Assembly: GCF_963853765.1 (NCBI RefSeq)
Contig: NC_088858.1
Span: forward strand, 1,488,001 to 1,552,000
DNA length: 64,000 bases
Reading direction: 5' to 3'
Source of the DNA: Magallana gigas
Lineage: Eukaryota
Shown here: in pieces, positions 50,281-63,282 of the stretch
Layout: each line of letters begins with the position of its first letter
Numbering within the stretch: the first letter of the stretch is position 1
Made by a program: the position numbers and the translations under genes
Notes under the pieces: generated by a model
The model's input: only the letters and a program-made list of their open reading frames with translations
Databases searched by the model: none
What the model was told of the DNA's origin: nothing

Positions 50281-50350
50281 ATAGTGCCTGTTTGGGGGGT
50301 AACAGTTGAAATTGACACCCCTCGAAAACCATTGTCAACCGACGCGAAGC
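50281..50350. mobile_element. Truncated left-arm copy of the palindromic element at 7990
   Basis: GCCTGTTTGGG..GTTGAAATTGACACCCCTCGAAAACCATTGTCAACCGACGCGAAG, then unrelated sequence. Confidence 0.75.
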
Positions 50351-50834
50351 ATAAAATATGTTCAAATCTGCAGGCAATCATGGCCCTATTCTACCACTGC
50401 TCTGCCTGCGTTGTATGTGATACGATGTCTGCCTTGCAATCGAAGTCCGTAAGGAAAATATACAAGGGCAATAATAAACGCACTGATTATATTTATAGTT
50501 AAAGACTGTTTTATGTTCACGAAATTGTTTGGTGCTAAATAAGTCGGTAATGACGAAGACACGGAACTTCAGGACCCGGATGTTTAATCAATTGTCTATC
50601 AGACCCACCTTAAGATTTAAGATAGACTTCTAGCCTTACACTTCGTATCTTAGTAGAGAAAAGATTCAAATATTTAGGTTTTTATTTTAACATATTCTAT
50701 TAAATAAATTCAAAAAGGATTGGACAACAGGCATAGCCAATGTTAAAAGATCTGCTCTCCAGGTCTTTCCTGATATCAAAAACACGTCCTTGCATTATGC
50801 CGTTGCATTACTCGACATAAAATAACAAGACACC

Positions 50835-52885
50835 TTTCTTTTTTTTAGGTTGTTATAGTGCTATACATGTGTATATCTTTGTATTATTTCTTTGTTTTCT
50901 TCAGGTTGTAATAGTGCTATACATGTGTATACCTTTGTATTATTTCTTTGTTTTCTTCAGGTTGTAATAGTGCTTTACATGTGAATACCTTTGTATGATT
51001 TCTTTGTTTTCTTTAGGTTGTAATAGTGCTATACATGTGTATATCTTTGTATGATTTCTTTGTTTTCTTCAGGTTGTAATAGTGCTATACATGTGTATAC
51101 CTTTGTATTATTTCTTTGTTTTCTTCAGGTTGTAATAGTGCTTTACATGTGAATACCTTTGTATGATTTCTTTGTTTTCTTCAGGTTGTAATAGTGCTAT
51201 ACATGTGTATATCTTTGTATGATTTCTTTGTTTTCTTCAGGTTGTAATAGTGCTATACATGTGTATATCTTTGTATTATTTCTTTGTTTTCTTCAGGTTG
51301 TAATAGTGCTATACATGTGTATATCTTTGTATGATTTCTTTGTTTTCTTCAGGTTGTAATAGTGCTATACATGTGTATATCTTTGTATGATTTCTTTGTT
51401 TTCTTCAGGTTGTAATAGTGCTATACATGTGTATATCTTTGTATTATTTCTTTGTTTTCTTCAGGTTGTAATAGTGCTATACATGTGTATACCTTTGTAT
51501 GATTTCTTTGTTTTCTTCTTTCTTTGTTTTCTTCAGGTTGTAATAGTGCTATACATGTGTATACCTTTGTATGATTTCTTTGTTTTCTTCAGGTTGTAAT
51601 AGTGCTATACATGTGTATATCTTTGTATGATTTCTTTGTTTTCTTCAGGTTGTAATAGTGCTATACATGTGTATATCTTTGTATTATTTCTTTGTTTTCT
51701 TCAGGTTGTAATAGTGCTATACATGTGTATATCTTTGTATGATTTCTTTGTTTTCTTCAGGTTGTAATAGTGCTATACATGTGTATATCTTTGTATTATT
51801 TCTTTGTTTTCTTCAGGTTGTAATAGTGCTATACATGTGTATATCTTTGTATGATTTCTTTGTTTTCTTCAGGTTGTAATAGTGCTATACATGTGTATAT
51901 CTTTGTATTATTTCTTTGTTTTCTTCAGGTTGTAATAGTGCTATACATGTGTATATCTTTGTATGATTTCTTTGTTTTCTTCAGGTTGTAATAGTGCTAT
52001 ACATGTGTATATCTTTGTATGATTTCTTTGTTTTCTTCAGGTTGTAATAGTGCTATACATGTGTATATCTTTGTATTATTTCTTTGTTTTCTTCAGGTTG
52101 TAATAGTGCTATACATGTGTATACCTTTGTATGATTTCTTTGTTTTCTTCTTTCTTTGTTTTCTTCAGGTTGTAATAGTGCTATACATGTGTATACCTTT
52201 GTATGATTTCTTTGTTTTCTTCAGGTTGTAATAGTGCTATACATGTGTATATCTTTGTATGATTTCTTTGTTTTCTTCAGGTTGTAATAGTGCTATACAT
52301 GTGTATATCTTTGTATTATTTCTTTGTTTTCTTCAGGTTGTAATAGTGCTATACATGTGTATATCTTTGTATGATTTCTTTGTTTTCTTCAGGTTGTAAT
52401 AGTGCTATACATGTGTATATCTTTGTATTATTTCTTTGTTTTCTTCAGGTTGTAATAGTGCTATACATGTGTATATCTTTGTATGATTTCTTTGTTTTCT
52501 TCAGGTTGTTATAGTGCTATACATGTGTATATCTTTGTATTATTTCTTTGTTTTCTTCAGGTTGTTATAGTGCTATACATGTGTATATCTTTGTATTATT
52601 TCTTTGTTTTCTTCAGGTTGTAATAGTGCTATACATGTGTATATCTTTGTATGATTTCTTTGTTTTCTTCAGGTTGTAATAGTGCTATACATGTGTATAT
52701 CTTTGTATTATTTCTTTGTTTTCTTCAGGTTGTAATAGTGCTATACATGTGTATATCTTTGTATGATTTCTTTGTTTTCTTCAGGTTGTTATAGTGCTAT
52801 ACATGTGTATATCTTTGTATTATTTCTTTGTTTTCTTCAGGTTGTTATAGTGCTATACATGTGTATATCTTTGTATTATTTCTTA
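50835..52885 (+). repeat. 56-bp satellite (CAGGTTGTAATAGTGCTATACATGTGTATATCTTTGTATGATTTCTTTGTTTTCTT)n, ~36 copies
   Basis: Direct reading; contains a 632-bp higher-order duplication (identical ORFs at 51387 and 52019). Confidence 0.96.
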
Positions 52886-54439
52886 AATTCTCAATTTTCT
52901 ACTTCATTGGTGAGAAAAAGGAAGATGGGAGTTTGCGACTTATTTATTGTAAGTTCAAATCATTTAAGGTAAGTTGTTGGATCATTATTTATAAATATAC
53001 GCTAAGTCCAATCCCACCCCAGTCCGCCAGTGTTTGATAATTTGGAATACCTTACGAAGGCTCTACAAGGCAACAAAGAAAAAAGAACGTATAATTGATA
53101 TTAGGTCAATGTTGTAATCAAAATTCTGCATTCCGTTTCCGATATTTCATTGGTATTGCAAAACATTGGAGGAGATAATGCCAGTCTGTATAAAAAATAT
53201 CGATTTAGATTTGGTGTATTCTGACAGACCTAGCACCTATTGTGCCAATATTTGAATGTAAATTAAAAACAAATAATAATCAATATATGTTGTAATTGAT
53301 GAACAGTAAAATTGGACATAAATAAAACAGAGGGTTTGATGAATTGAACATAGGAAATTTCACAACTTCTCCTTGCTCATCTAAATTATTAAAATGTTCT
53401 GATTCGTCACACAACATTCGTTAAACATCTGTTTAAAAAGTGAAATGCTGATTTTCAAAAACATGAGTATTAGCAAACAAGTACATAGTCCGTTTGAATA
53501 CCGAATTTTCGCTTAACCTTACGAGAGCGAAGTAGACCTAAAGCCCTTTATGGTAAGCCAATATATTTTCAATGATACCAATTTTCTGCAAAGAACCCGC
53601 ACCATTCAAAACGATTCATGCAAAATAAATCAAAGGAATTTATGATTATTGGAGCGCTGGCATGTACGTATAATGTAAGTAATTTGGATCAATCAAACCT
53701 AGCGATGATGACTCTTGGGCCACACCATAGTCATTCCACGACTTGTTAAGGTTTTTATTTAAGAAAGTAACTGACCACAAAACAAAACAAGAATGCTCTG
53801 CATTGTAAGGAAATAGAATTCAATATTGACATTCTGCAATAAATCGATATCTAGATTAATATAAAACAGAACCCTCCACAAAAACAGGACCCAGGGCCGC
53901 GGGTTTGCGTCACGTCCTTTTAATTACGCGGTTTATAGCTAATGAAATATTCAGACTAATTGATCGATACATACCCTTTACCAATAATTGTATATCAAAG
54001 GCACGCGGTTATCTATATTTTAATTTGATATATCAACATTTCACTAAAAATTCATCATCGGTTTTAGATGAAATTTGATCATATTGTTACACGGTAGTAG
54101 GTACGATTCCCAGAACATTGCCATTATAATCATCAACAGGCAAAAGGTTTTATCGATTATCGATATATCGGTGCATTATCGATGATATGGTTATCTTTAT
54201 CAAACATCGATAGTTAAAACGAAGAATCAAATTTTCCATACTAGTTGAGAGAAGATTTTTTGGGTTTTTTTTTTTTTTTGGGGGGGGGGTGCATTTACCT
54301 ACATGTATGTAAATTATATTACATTAACGTTTCTTAAAAAACATTTTTCTATAAAATCTTCGAAATGTGTACTTCTTCTTCGTGTAATTTGAGGAAATTG
54401 CATAATGGTAAAACTTTCCTTGGTTGACGTGCTGTCCAA

Positions 54440-54900
54440 CGCAAAGGGAATAATTTATTAGTAATATAATTCAATGATTCAAACAAAGGGAGTAATTTAT
54501 TAGTAATATAATTCAATGATTCAAACAAAGGGAGTAATTTATTAGTAATATAATTCAATGATTCAAACAGAGGGAGTAATTTATTAGTAATATAATTCAA
54601 TGATTCAAACAAAGGGAGTAATTCATTAGTAATATAATTCAATGATTCTACAAAGGGAGTAATTTACTAGTAATATAATTCAATGATTCAAACAAAGGGA
54701 GTAATTTATTAGTAATATAATTCAATGATTCAAACAAAAGGAGTAATTTATTAGTAATATAATTCAATGATTCAAACAAAGGGAGTAATTTATTAGTAAT
54801 ATAATTCAATGATTCAAACAAAGGGAGTAATTTATTAGTAATATAATTCAATGATTCTACAAAGGGAGTCATTTACTAGTAATATAATTCAATGATTCTA
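54440..54900. repeat. 42-bp minisatellite (AAACAAAGGGAGTAATTTATTAGTAATATAATTCAATGATTC)n, ~11 copies
   Basis: Direct reading. Confidence 0.95.
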
Positions 54901-55146
54901 ACAAATATCTTCTTCTTAAAAAGGTGAAATCCACCATTTACAACACAACTGCAATGATAAAATCTAAATTCTTAAAACCACTTTTTTTTCTTTTTTTTAC
55001 TACAGCGATTTCATTTTTCAATGGTTTCACAAAATATGTTTTGTTTTTCCCGCAAGAAAACGTTTTAAAGAATGAGAAAACGGGTCAGTTTTTTTTTTAA
55101 CAAGTTAAGGTAACAATTGGCAAAATAGAATTCAGGACTAATAAAC

Positions 55147-55149
<3 letters not shown>

Positions 55150-55222
<73 letters not shown>
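55150..55222. repeat. (TC)n microsatellite
   Basis: Direct reading. Confidence 0.97.
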
Positions 55223-55230
<8 letters not shown>

Positions 55231-56617
55231 ATTTGAAAATTCAATTTCATAAAATATCCCTCTAATTTTTTAGCAATATCTCATTAGATGATTTCTAAGT
55301 TACTCAATACAGATTTCCCCGAATAGGATTCAACATTACGAAAAAGAAAAAAGAACATTTCGTATCTTTTTAAAGAGGTTCGTTCCTTTGCCTTTGAACA
55401 GACTGTTTAGAACATCCCTAATTTGTATATTTTGCATTATTTATCAATTTGTATTATATATCTATATTAAACAATGCCAAATGTACAACATTTTGCGAAT
55501 TAATAAGGATAACCAGTCCAAAACACGCGCACACTGTCCGAAATAAATACTTATTTTTTTCAGTGGGTGGCACTCTAGCTCCCTGTCGTCCATCCGAATT
55601 TTTTCAGACCGGGAGCAACAGACCTGCAGCTAGAAAAATTTAATGCTTGCCTAAAATTAGCTTATTTCGTACAATGTCTAACCTTTCACCTCATTGATCC
55701 ATACATTTGATTCTAGATCTGAATTCATAAGATTTTTCTGACAAGTCTGTTATTATTTGAGTAAAAGTTTGACACTTTTTCTCAGCGTAAAAATGTCGTT
55801 AACTTATCTAGATGATAATTTTCTTAATGATTATTTAAATTTATTTCTTTTGAAAGATATAATGAGTTTATGTTTGAAGCCACAGTTCATTTCCGATAAA
55901 AAAAATAATAGGGCGATTTATATATAACTTGTTTTTTTCAGTGCACAAATACACCGTAGCGCCGAAAGAAACATATTAACCCCAATTTTTGTTTTGAAAT
56001 TTGGCTAAGCTGTGTGTGTATATATTAATAAAGATACTTTAAACTGAAAACTTTAAAAACTTCTTATTGTAGTATCCCATCCTTTTTAAAATAAAAAAAA
56101 GGGGGGAGTGTCAGAGCAGCTATAAAATGCAAGCCAGAGAGGTTTTGTTTACCTTTGAAGACATTGGTTCAATAATGTAATATATACCATTCTTACAAAA
56201 CAAATTTGAACAAAGAAGTTTTGCTCTACATTACATAAAGTGATGTATACACAGTGGGCCGGATCTGAAGCCTTCCTGAAGATTCCCTTCCTGTCCTCGA
56301 ACTATGTCAGTTGTTAATAAAGAATTTTTGTCAATATCCAGTATAAACAGTTTGTTTGGAAACTTTCTACGGGCTGAAATCGATAGGCGATATTAAAGGA
56401 TCTGTTTTATTTTTAAACATATTTAAAATGCATCCCAAGATCATCAATAAGAGTAGCAGAATACATGTACTGTCAATTCCTTATTTTATCCAAGTACTTA
56501 ATTCCGCGATTCCACTTTTTTTTGTTATCAAATCGCGAGAGTATTAATAAACAAGTTGTTTTTCTGCATTTCATAAGTCAACTTGATAAAGGAATAAAAT
56601 ACTTATAAAAATATATA

Positions 56618-56620
<3 letters not shown>

Positions 56621-56655
<35 letters not shown>

Positions 56656-58236
56656 GAACAATAGGTATGATAAAATCAGCTTAATGGAGTCATAATACAA
56701 ACTATCTGGACAATGTACAATAATACATGTAGATCCTGTATAAATAAAATCCATTTTCCCCTGGATATTCTTATGTTTATAATCATTAGTCCCTTTTCTA
56801 ACAAGATGATTTTATAGTCTTATCATATGTTGAGTATTGCAGTTCTCAAAATGATCCTTAACAATAGTTTATATATTAGATATAAACGTACATCAAACTA
56901 TGAACCTTCTCGGGAGGCCAAAGAATTGTCCTGGGGCCAAAGTCTTAACAATTATAAAGAAACATCTGGCTGATTAGTTTCTGAGAAGATTTTTAAAGAT
57001 TTACCCTATATATTCCTTTGTTAAATTTTGACCCCCCCCCCCCCCATTGTGGCCCCACCCTACCCCTGGGGATCATGATTTTCACAACCATGAATCTACA
57101 CTACCTGAGGATGCTTTCACACACGTTTAAGCTTTCCTGGCTGATTAGTTTCTGAGAAGAAGATTTTTAAAGATTTACTCTGTTTATTCCTATCTAAAAC
57201 ATCGACCTCCCATTGTGGCCCAAACCTACCCCCAGGGTTATGATTTTCACAAATTTGAATCTACACTACCTGAGGATGCTTCCACACAAGTTTCAGCTTT
57301 CCTGGCTAATTAGTTTCTGAGAAGAAGATTTTTAAAGATTTACTCTATTTAATCATATGTTAAACTTCGACCCCCCATTGTGGCCCCATTCTACCCCAAG
57401 GGGTTATTATTTTCACAACTTTGAATCAACACTTCCTGAGGATGCTTCCAAAGAAGTTTCAGCATTGCCGGCTGATTAGTTTCTGAGAAGAAGATTTTTA
57501 AAGATTTACTCTATATATTCCTATGTTTAACTTCGATTCCCCATTGTGGCCCCACCCTTCCCCCGGGGGTCATGATTTTCACAACTATGAATTTACACTA
57601 CCTGAGGATGCATCCACAAAAGTGTCAGCTTTCCTGGCTGATTAGTTTCTAAGAAGAAGATTTTTAAAGATTTACTCTATATATTCCTATTTTAAACTTC
57701 GATCCCCCATTGTGGCCCCACCCTACCCCCGGGGGCCATGATTTTCACAACTATGAATCTACACTACCTGAGGATGCTTTCACACAAGTTTCAGCTTTCC
57801 TGGCTGATTAGTTTCTGAGAAGAAGATTTTTAAAGATTTACTCTATATATTCCTATGTTAAACTTCGATCCCCCATTGTGGCCTCACCGTACCCCGGGGG
57901 TCATGATTTTCACAACTTTGAATCTACACTACCTGAGGATCCTTCCACACAAGTGTCAGCTTTCCTGGCCGATTAGTTTCTGAGAAGAAGATTTTTAAAG
58001 ATTTATTCTATATATTCCTATGTAAAACTTCGATCCTTCATTGTGGCCCAACCCTACCTCCGGGGATCATGATTTTCACAAATTTGTATCTACATTACCT
58101 GATGATGCTTTCACACAAGTTTCAGCTTTCCTGGCTGATTAGTTTCTGAGGAGAAGATTTTTAAAGATTTACTCTATATATTCATTTGTTAAACTTCGAC
58201 CCCCCATTGTGGCCCCACCCTCAGGTGAGCTAAAAA
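56621..58236 (+). mobile_element. Helentron-associated element (HINE) carrying ~7.5 copies of a 165-166 bp satellite (Cg170-like)
   Basis: 5' AACAAGAGGCCCATGGGCCACATCGCTCACCTGAG; AGATTTTTAAAG anchors at 57161, 57326, 57492, 57658, 57824, 57989 and 58155; ends TCAGGTGAGCTAAAAA. The Cg170 link is from recall of unit length and motif, not a search. Confidence 0.85.
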
Positions 58237-59189
58237 GGTTAAGTTTACAATACAATAAGTTGTTAAAGTTGGTTTCTGGAAGAACAGACTTTGAAAATTT
58301 TCTTAATAAATATTGACAAATATTTTACTTTTTTAAGCTTTAGTTTTTAAGATCTGTGTACAAACATAGAATTGTGAGCAAATCGCTGTATCTTGCTTAT
58401 AATTCGAAGCTTAACACTCAAATATGGTTAGTAAATAGAAATTGTAAACAATTAAACACAAGAAACATGCACTACATGTATAACAAATAAAGAACACAAT
58501 TTATTTTTTCGAAATGAATCATATATATATACATGTATATACCTACATATTTCCGTCAGCGATATCAAACTCTATTTAAACTGAATAAACTCGAAAAAAT
58601 GCCGAGCATCTCAACAAAACCTATTGCATTAATCTACATGTACCATTACGCAAAAGATAATGCCGAATTACCGATAGAATGAATTGTATTTCAGTACCCG
58701 TCCCCTACATCCGATTTTGCTTAATTTGCGCAGGTAAACAGTTAACTGTTTGATTTACCGAAGTCTCTGTTTGATTTGATACGTAAAAATCACGAAATAC
58801 AGACGATAGTTTCCAGGTTACAAAGCATAATGAGAACGAAACGAAAATCAGAACAAGCTAACACCAACGTCATGTGTGAAAACTGTCAACGCATTGAAAT
58901 ATTTAGCCTCAATTTACTTCACAAAATCGGCACCAATATATTTTGTATGTTTCAAAATTTCCCTTCATACGCGAACTGTTGCACAACAAGCAAATTCATC
59001 ATAGTCAGATCGACCCTTTTTCGTATAATGTCATGGCTGCTTTAAACAAAGAACCTCGTTTTAGAAGTATGGAATCATTTTACCGGATGCCGAACCCGAA
59101 GCTATTAAACTGATTGAAACACGCATTTCCTTTATTATTATTTTCGTAATAACTCAGATTTGAAACAAAATTTCCACTTAATTTTTGCA

Positions 59190-59506
59190 ATTTATATTTT
59201 CCTTCCCATAAGGATAATTTATGCTAAACTATGTTGAATTTGCCTCGGTAGTTCTTGAGAAGAAGATTTTTAAAAATGCACCCCCCTTTTTCTACAGTTT
59301 CAAGGTTTTCTCCGCTTTGAATACAGATCAAACTTTTATTTCTGCAATTTATATTCGCCCTCCCATAAGGATGATTTGTGCCAAATTTGGTTGAAATTGG
59401 ATAAGCGGTTTTAGAGAAGAAGTTCAAAATGTAAAAAGTTTACAGACGGACAGACGGACGGACAGACGGACGGACGGACGGACGACGGACAAAATGTGAT
59501 CAGAAT

Positions 59507-59542
<36 letters not shown>
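59190..59542 (+). mobile_element. 3' part of a second HINE: diverged repeat units, (GACG/GACA)n microsatellite, hairpin and subterminal IR
   Basis: ..AAAAGTTTACAGACGGACAGACGGACGG..GATCAGAATAGCTCACTTGAGCTTTCAGCTCAGGTGAGCTAAAAA. The left boundary is uncertain. Confidence 0.8.
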
Positions 59543-62500
59543 TTAAACTTAATTAATCTCCAAAATATTAAATTTTCATTCCAAAAATACTTGCATACCG
59601 AAACAATACAAGGTCACAATTATCGAACATGATGTACAAAGGGGGATAATTAGGAGACAAAGGTAATGTATCATTCACGGATTACGCAACGATGACGGGC
59701 CGGGGATACTTTATCTTATAAATTACCGGAATCACTGATGGGTTATAATGAGTCCGCCACTGTTATGTGCTAAGAGCTGTGTGAGGAGATCCTTAGTTAA
59801 ACTGACATGAGTAGAGACCATCTCGTCAACCGTACTTAGGGCCGGTGAACAAGCTTTGTTCTCAGCAAGACATGGATTGTACAAGCACTCACAGAATCGT
59901 CACATAATGGAGGGTTAATCAGGCCGATCTTCAACAATTGCAATTGTCAGAAATACCCATCGAACGCCACTCCAAACATACAGCAAATATTTGTCTGCAG
60001 AGTACAATTGTTAGTGATCCTGATGGAGGAGATGATACTGTTTAGTGTGGGTATTTGTTTTACGGGGATCATAAGCCTCTTATGTTTTGGTTCTATTTAT
60101 CCCGATATATTTATCATCACACAGACAAGAACAACGATCAATACAACTATTCCTTTTTAAAAGTACATAGACAACATCTAATCAAAAGTTTCAAAATGAA
60201 ATGAATATTTAAGACATCATCGGTTATATCCAATCAAGCTTTTCCCCTGATTGTAAGCAAATGAATGCACACAAAACTGATGCAATCAACAATTTTTCTA
60301 GAGAAAAAAAACCGCTGCCTTAGAAAACGGGAACGAAAACGGAAATTCCGAAATCTTACTCTGCAGAATGCCCCAATTTATGTTCTGTAGGATAACACAG
60401 GGCCCTGTTACAGTGATCAATAGTTAAGGTAGCACGAAATAGCCGTGAAATTAAAGATATGTATTTTAAATATTTTCTCAAAAACACAATCGCCGATCCT
60501 CAGCAATCTTCGATAACTTTGAATTATCCGGAGTTTTTTTTTACTCGTACCATAAATCTGCCTTTTATACAGAGAAATTTAATTGGTCTTGAAATGTTAA
60601 TAATTTAATTCTGGTTGGAACGCGCTTTCTGATTGGCTAAAAAATTATTTTATATCGTATGAAGAATGTTGCCTACGTCATAGTAAGACTAACGTCAAAA
60701 ACGTATCAACGTCTTGATCATTTAGGATTTTTATCAATTTTCACACCCGTCAAATATACTAACACCTCAATTGATCTAAAACCCATGGTCAAAATTTTAT
60801 TATTATAATATATTTTAATTGCGGGGTCATGGCAATCATAGTGCTAGGTTTTAGTCAAATTTGAACTATACAATTTCTTTTAAGAGACCGTTAAGTATTG
60901 CAATGAAAAATGATTATTTACGAGTGCTATTTTTACATTATATTGCATCAGAAATTACCTCAAGTTACCAGTTAGAGTTAATTCAATGTCCATAAGTAAC
61001 AAAAAGGTCTCCTGTACAAATAGCAGTACAAATATTAATTTTGTAAGATCTTAAAAAGTAAGTTATTCGCACAACAAATTCAAACAATGACTATTTCATT
61101 TTGCAATCTATTGAAAGGAGATTCAGATCGATGTTGGCAAAAAATGTCAGTTTGGATTTTTTTTTAAATTCTACGTATTTATAAATTTCACTCCGAATAA
61201 CAAATTATCAAAATTTCAGAAAAACTGAGCCATAGGAACATTTTAGCTTATCTGTTTTATACTACCTTAATATCGTTTACTGAATTTTTAAATAATCAAA
61301 TCAATAAACAATTGTCTACTTAATTAAATTGATTGGGGAAAAAATGCATACAACTTTGATGCATGTGTCCAGATGACGAAGCCATTACGACCAGAAAGTA
61401 AATCCATCGAAGGATAAAATTCTCCACCCAACCACTGAGCCCGTCAGTACTCTTCGTCACAAATACAATTTGTGTCTTAAAGATGGTCGACTTGGGTTTA
61501 CAAAACATATTATTTACGCACAGTTACACATGTTTTTACAATTTGAAAGATGTTTTTATATACTATCTAACAAGCTTACATCAATTAATGTACACTGAAC
61601 GCAAAGCATAAAAAATAAAAAAAAATCTATGTTTACTTTTACATGAAAAAAAGCCCCGAAGATACATTCCAAGATTTTAATAGAATATCTAAAAAAAAAA
61701 CCCCACACACACACACACACATCTTACATATACTGAGGAACAGGTAACTCTAAAATTTAAATTCTGTTTATATTTACATATAAATAAAAAATAAATTGAT
61801 GATATATTTAAACTATTCAATGAATATTTTGGTTAATGACAAAAATATATCCCTTTTATGTAAATGAATAAAGTATATCGAAATGCTGGTATACTAGTAC
61901 ATGTATATGTATATACGGTTATTGTATGTTCAACCTTTGTGAATGGTCATTAAGATTGCTACCAAAAGCTAGATTAAACATGTACTTCAGTAAACGTGCA
62001 TAAACAAGTAATTCTACGTCAATTGTTCTCATTTACCTTTCAGCAGATAGTTTTTCAAGACTAGGGTATAGACACGCAATCTGAATAACCTGGGACACTA
62101 ATATTTGTCAAATGATTCATCATTTCTGTTAATTATTTGTATGTTAATCATTTGTATGTTAATTATTTATCACGAAGTCTCTCCCTAGTCGTCCTTATTG
62201 TAACAGAATTTGCGTATCTAATCCTTTATAATTACATGTATATTGAATTTCCATCCGAAAACATGATATTTAAATCCTTCAAAGTTAACTTACTTTAAAT
62301 TTAGCAGAGAAGAAATAAATTTCTCAACTTAAACATACAAGAGTTTTCAATATATACCCAGTTTCTCCGTATTTTACCTATCCTGTGACCTTAATTCAAT
62401 TTGTCAAGTTTTCTTGCTGTGATATGGAAAGTGAGCAGTAGCTTTTAATATTCCGGCTCTGACGGTAGAAAGAATGTCTTACCTCGGTGTCGGGGTTTTG

Positions 62501-63282
62501 AGGTTGGTTCTGGTCCTCTGGTGTCTTATGGTATTGTCGTCTGCCTGTACGCGATGCGCTCCGTTCGGACCCTTATTGATCAGTCAGCCACCGGAACTTG
62601 TCACCTTGGTTTCAAGCGACAGGTAAAAACTCGTGAATCAATAGCAGGCTATAGCCGTGTTGATGTTTAAATTTTATAACACTGTTGATTTTTTAATCAT
62701 TGTACAGAAATTCAATACGCTGTTCAAGTAGAAAGAGATGAAGAACAAACGGTTAAGAGGACAATCAAAGGACGACGCAGGAACAAGGGCAAAGTAGATT
62801 CCCTCCAGCGGAAGTCGTGCTTTGACTTCTTTTATTGTTTCCGGTTTACATTTTTGAAATATTACATAATAAAATATTATATAAAACGTTAAAGATATTG
62901 ATTGCCTCCTATAAGACGTCATCTTGAGTTGCTATTAACTAACTGACCAAGATCAAAAATTGTGAACGTAAAATTTCAAATATGTCCAACTTTTGAAATA
63001 ATTTTGCATAACGTGTTTGCATTTAAAAATCATAAAAATAGCAACTTTTAAAAGATCTTTTATAATTGTAAATAGAAAAAGATGTTTAAAAGTTGTCTGA
63101 AGTTCTATCTAAGTCAATGGTTTGCCGATTTTAAAAACCAGATTTATTATTTATCAAATGAGTAGGCGGCATGTTGATATTTCACATTCTAAGATAACCG
63201 TTGCATGTTCAAGTTATAGAAAAAGAAGCCCTATATGAGGTTGGATGGATTCATTATATTCAATAAAGTAGACTATATTATT

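Noticed and set aside
52885-52960. SQFSTSLVRK + frameshift + DGSLRL, resembling the Ty3/Gypsy RT motif VLVRKKDGSLR
   Set aside because: Too short and needs a frameshift; no other RT motifs nearby. It remains an alternative explanation for the candidate exon here.
50835-54900. Regular arrays that might suggest CRISPR
   Set aside because: Head-to-tail repeats with no unique spacers, no cas genes, and a eukaryotic context.
60605-60710. Fragment resembling the end of a dispersed oyster element (GATTGGCT..ACGTCATAGTAAGAC)
   Set aside because: Only a vague recollection of similarity; no second copy or termini in the window to support it.
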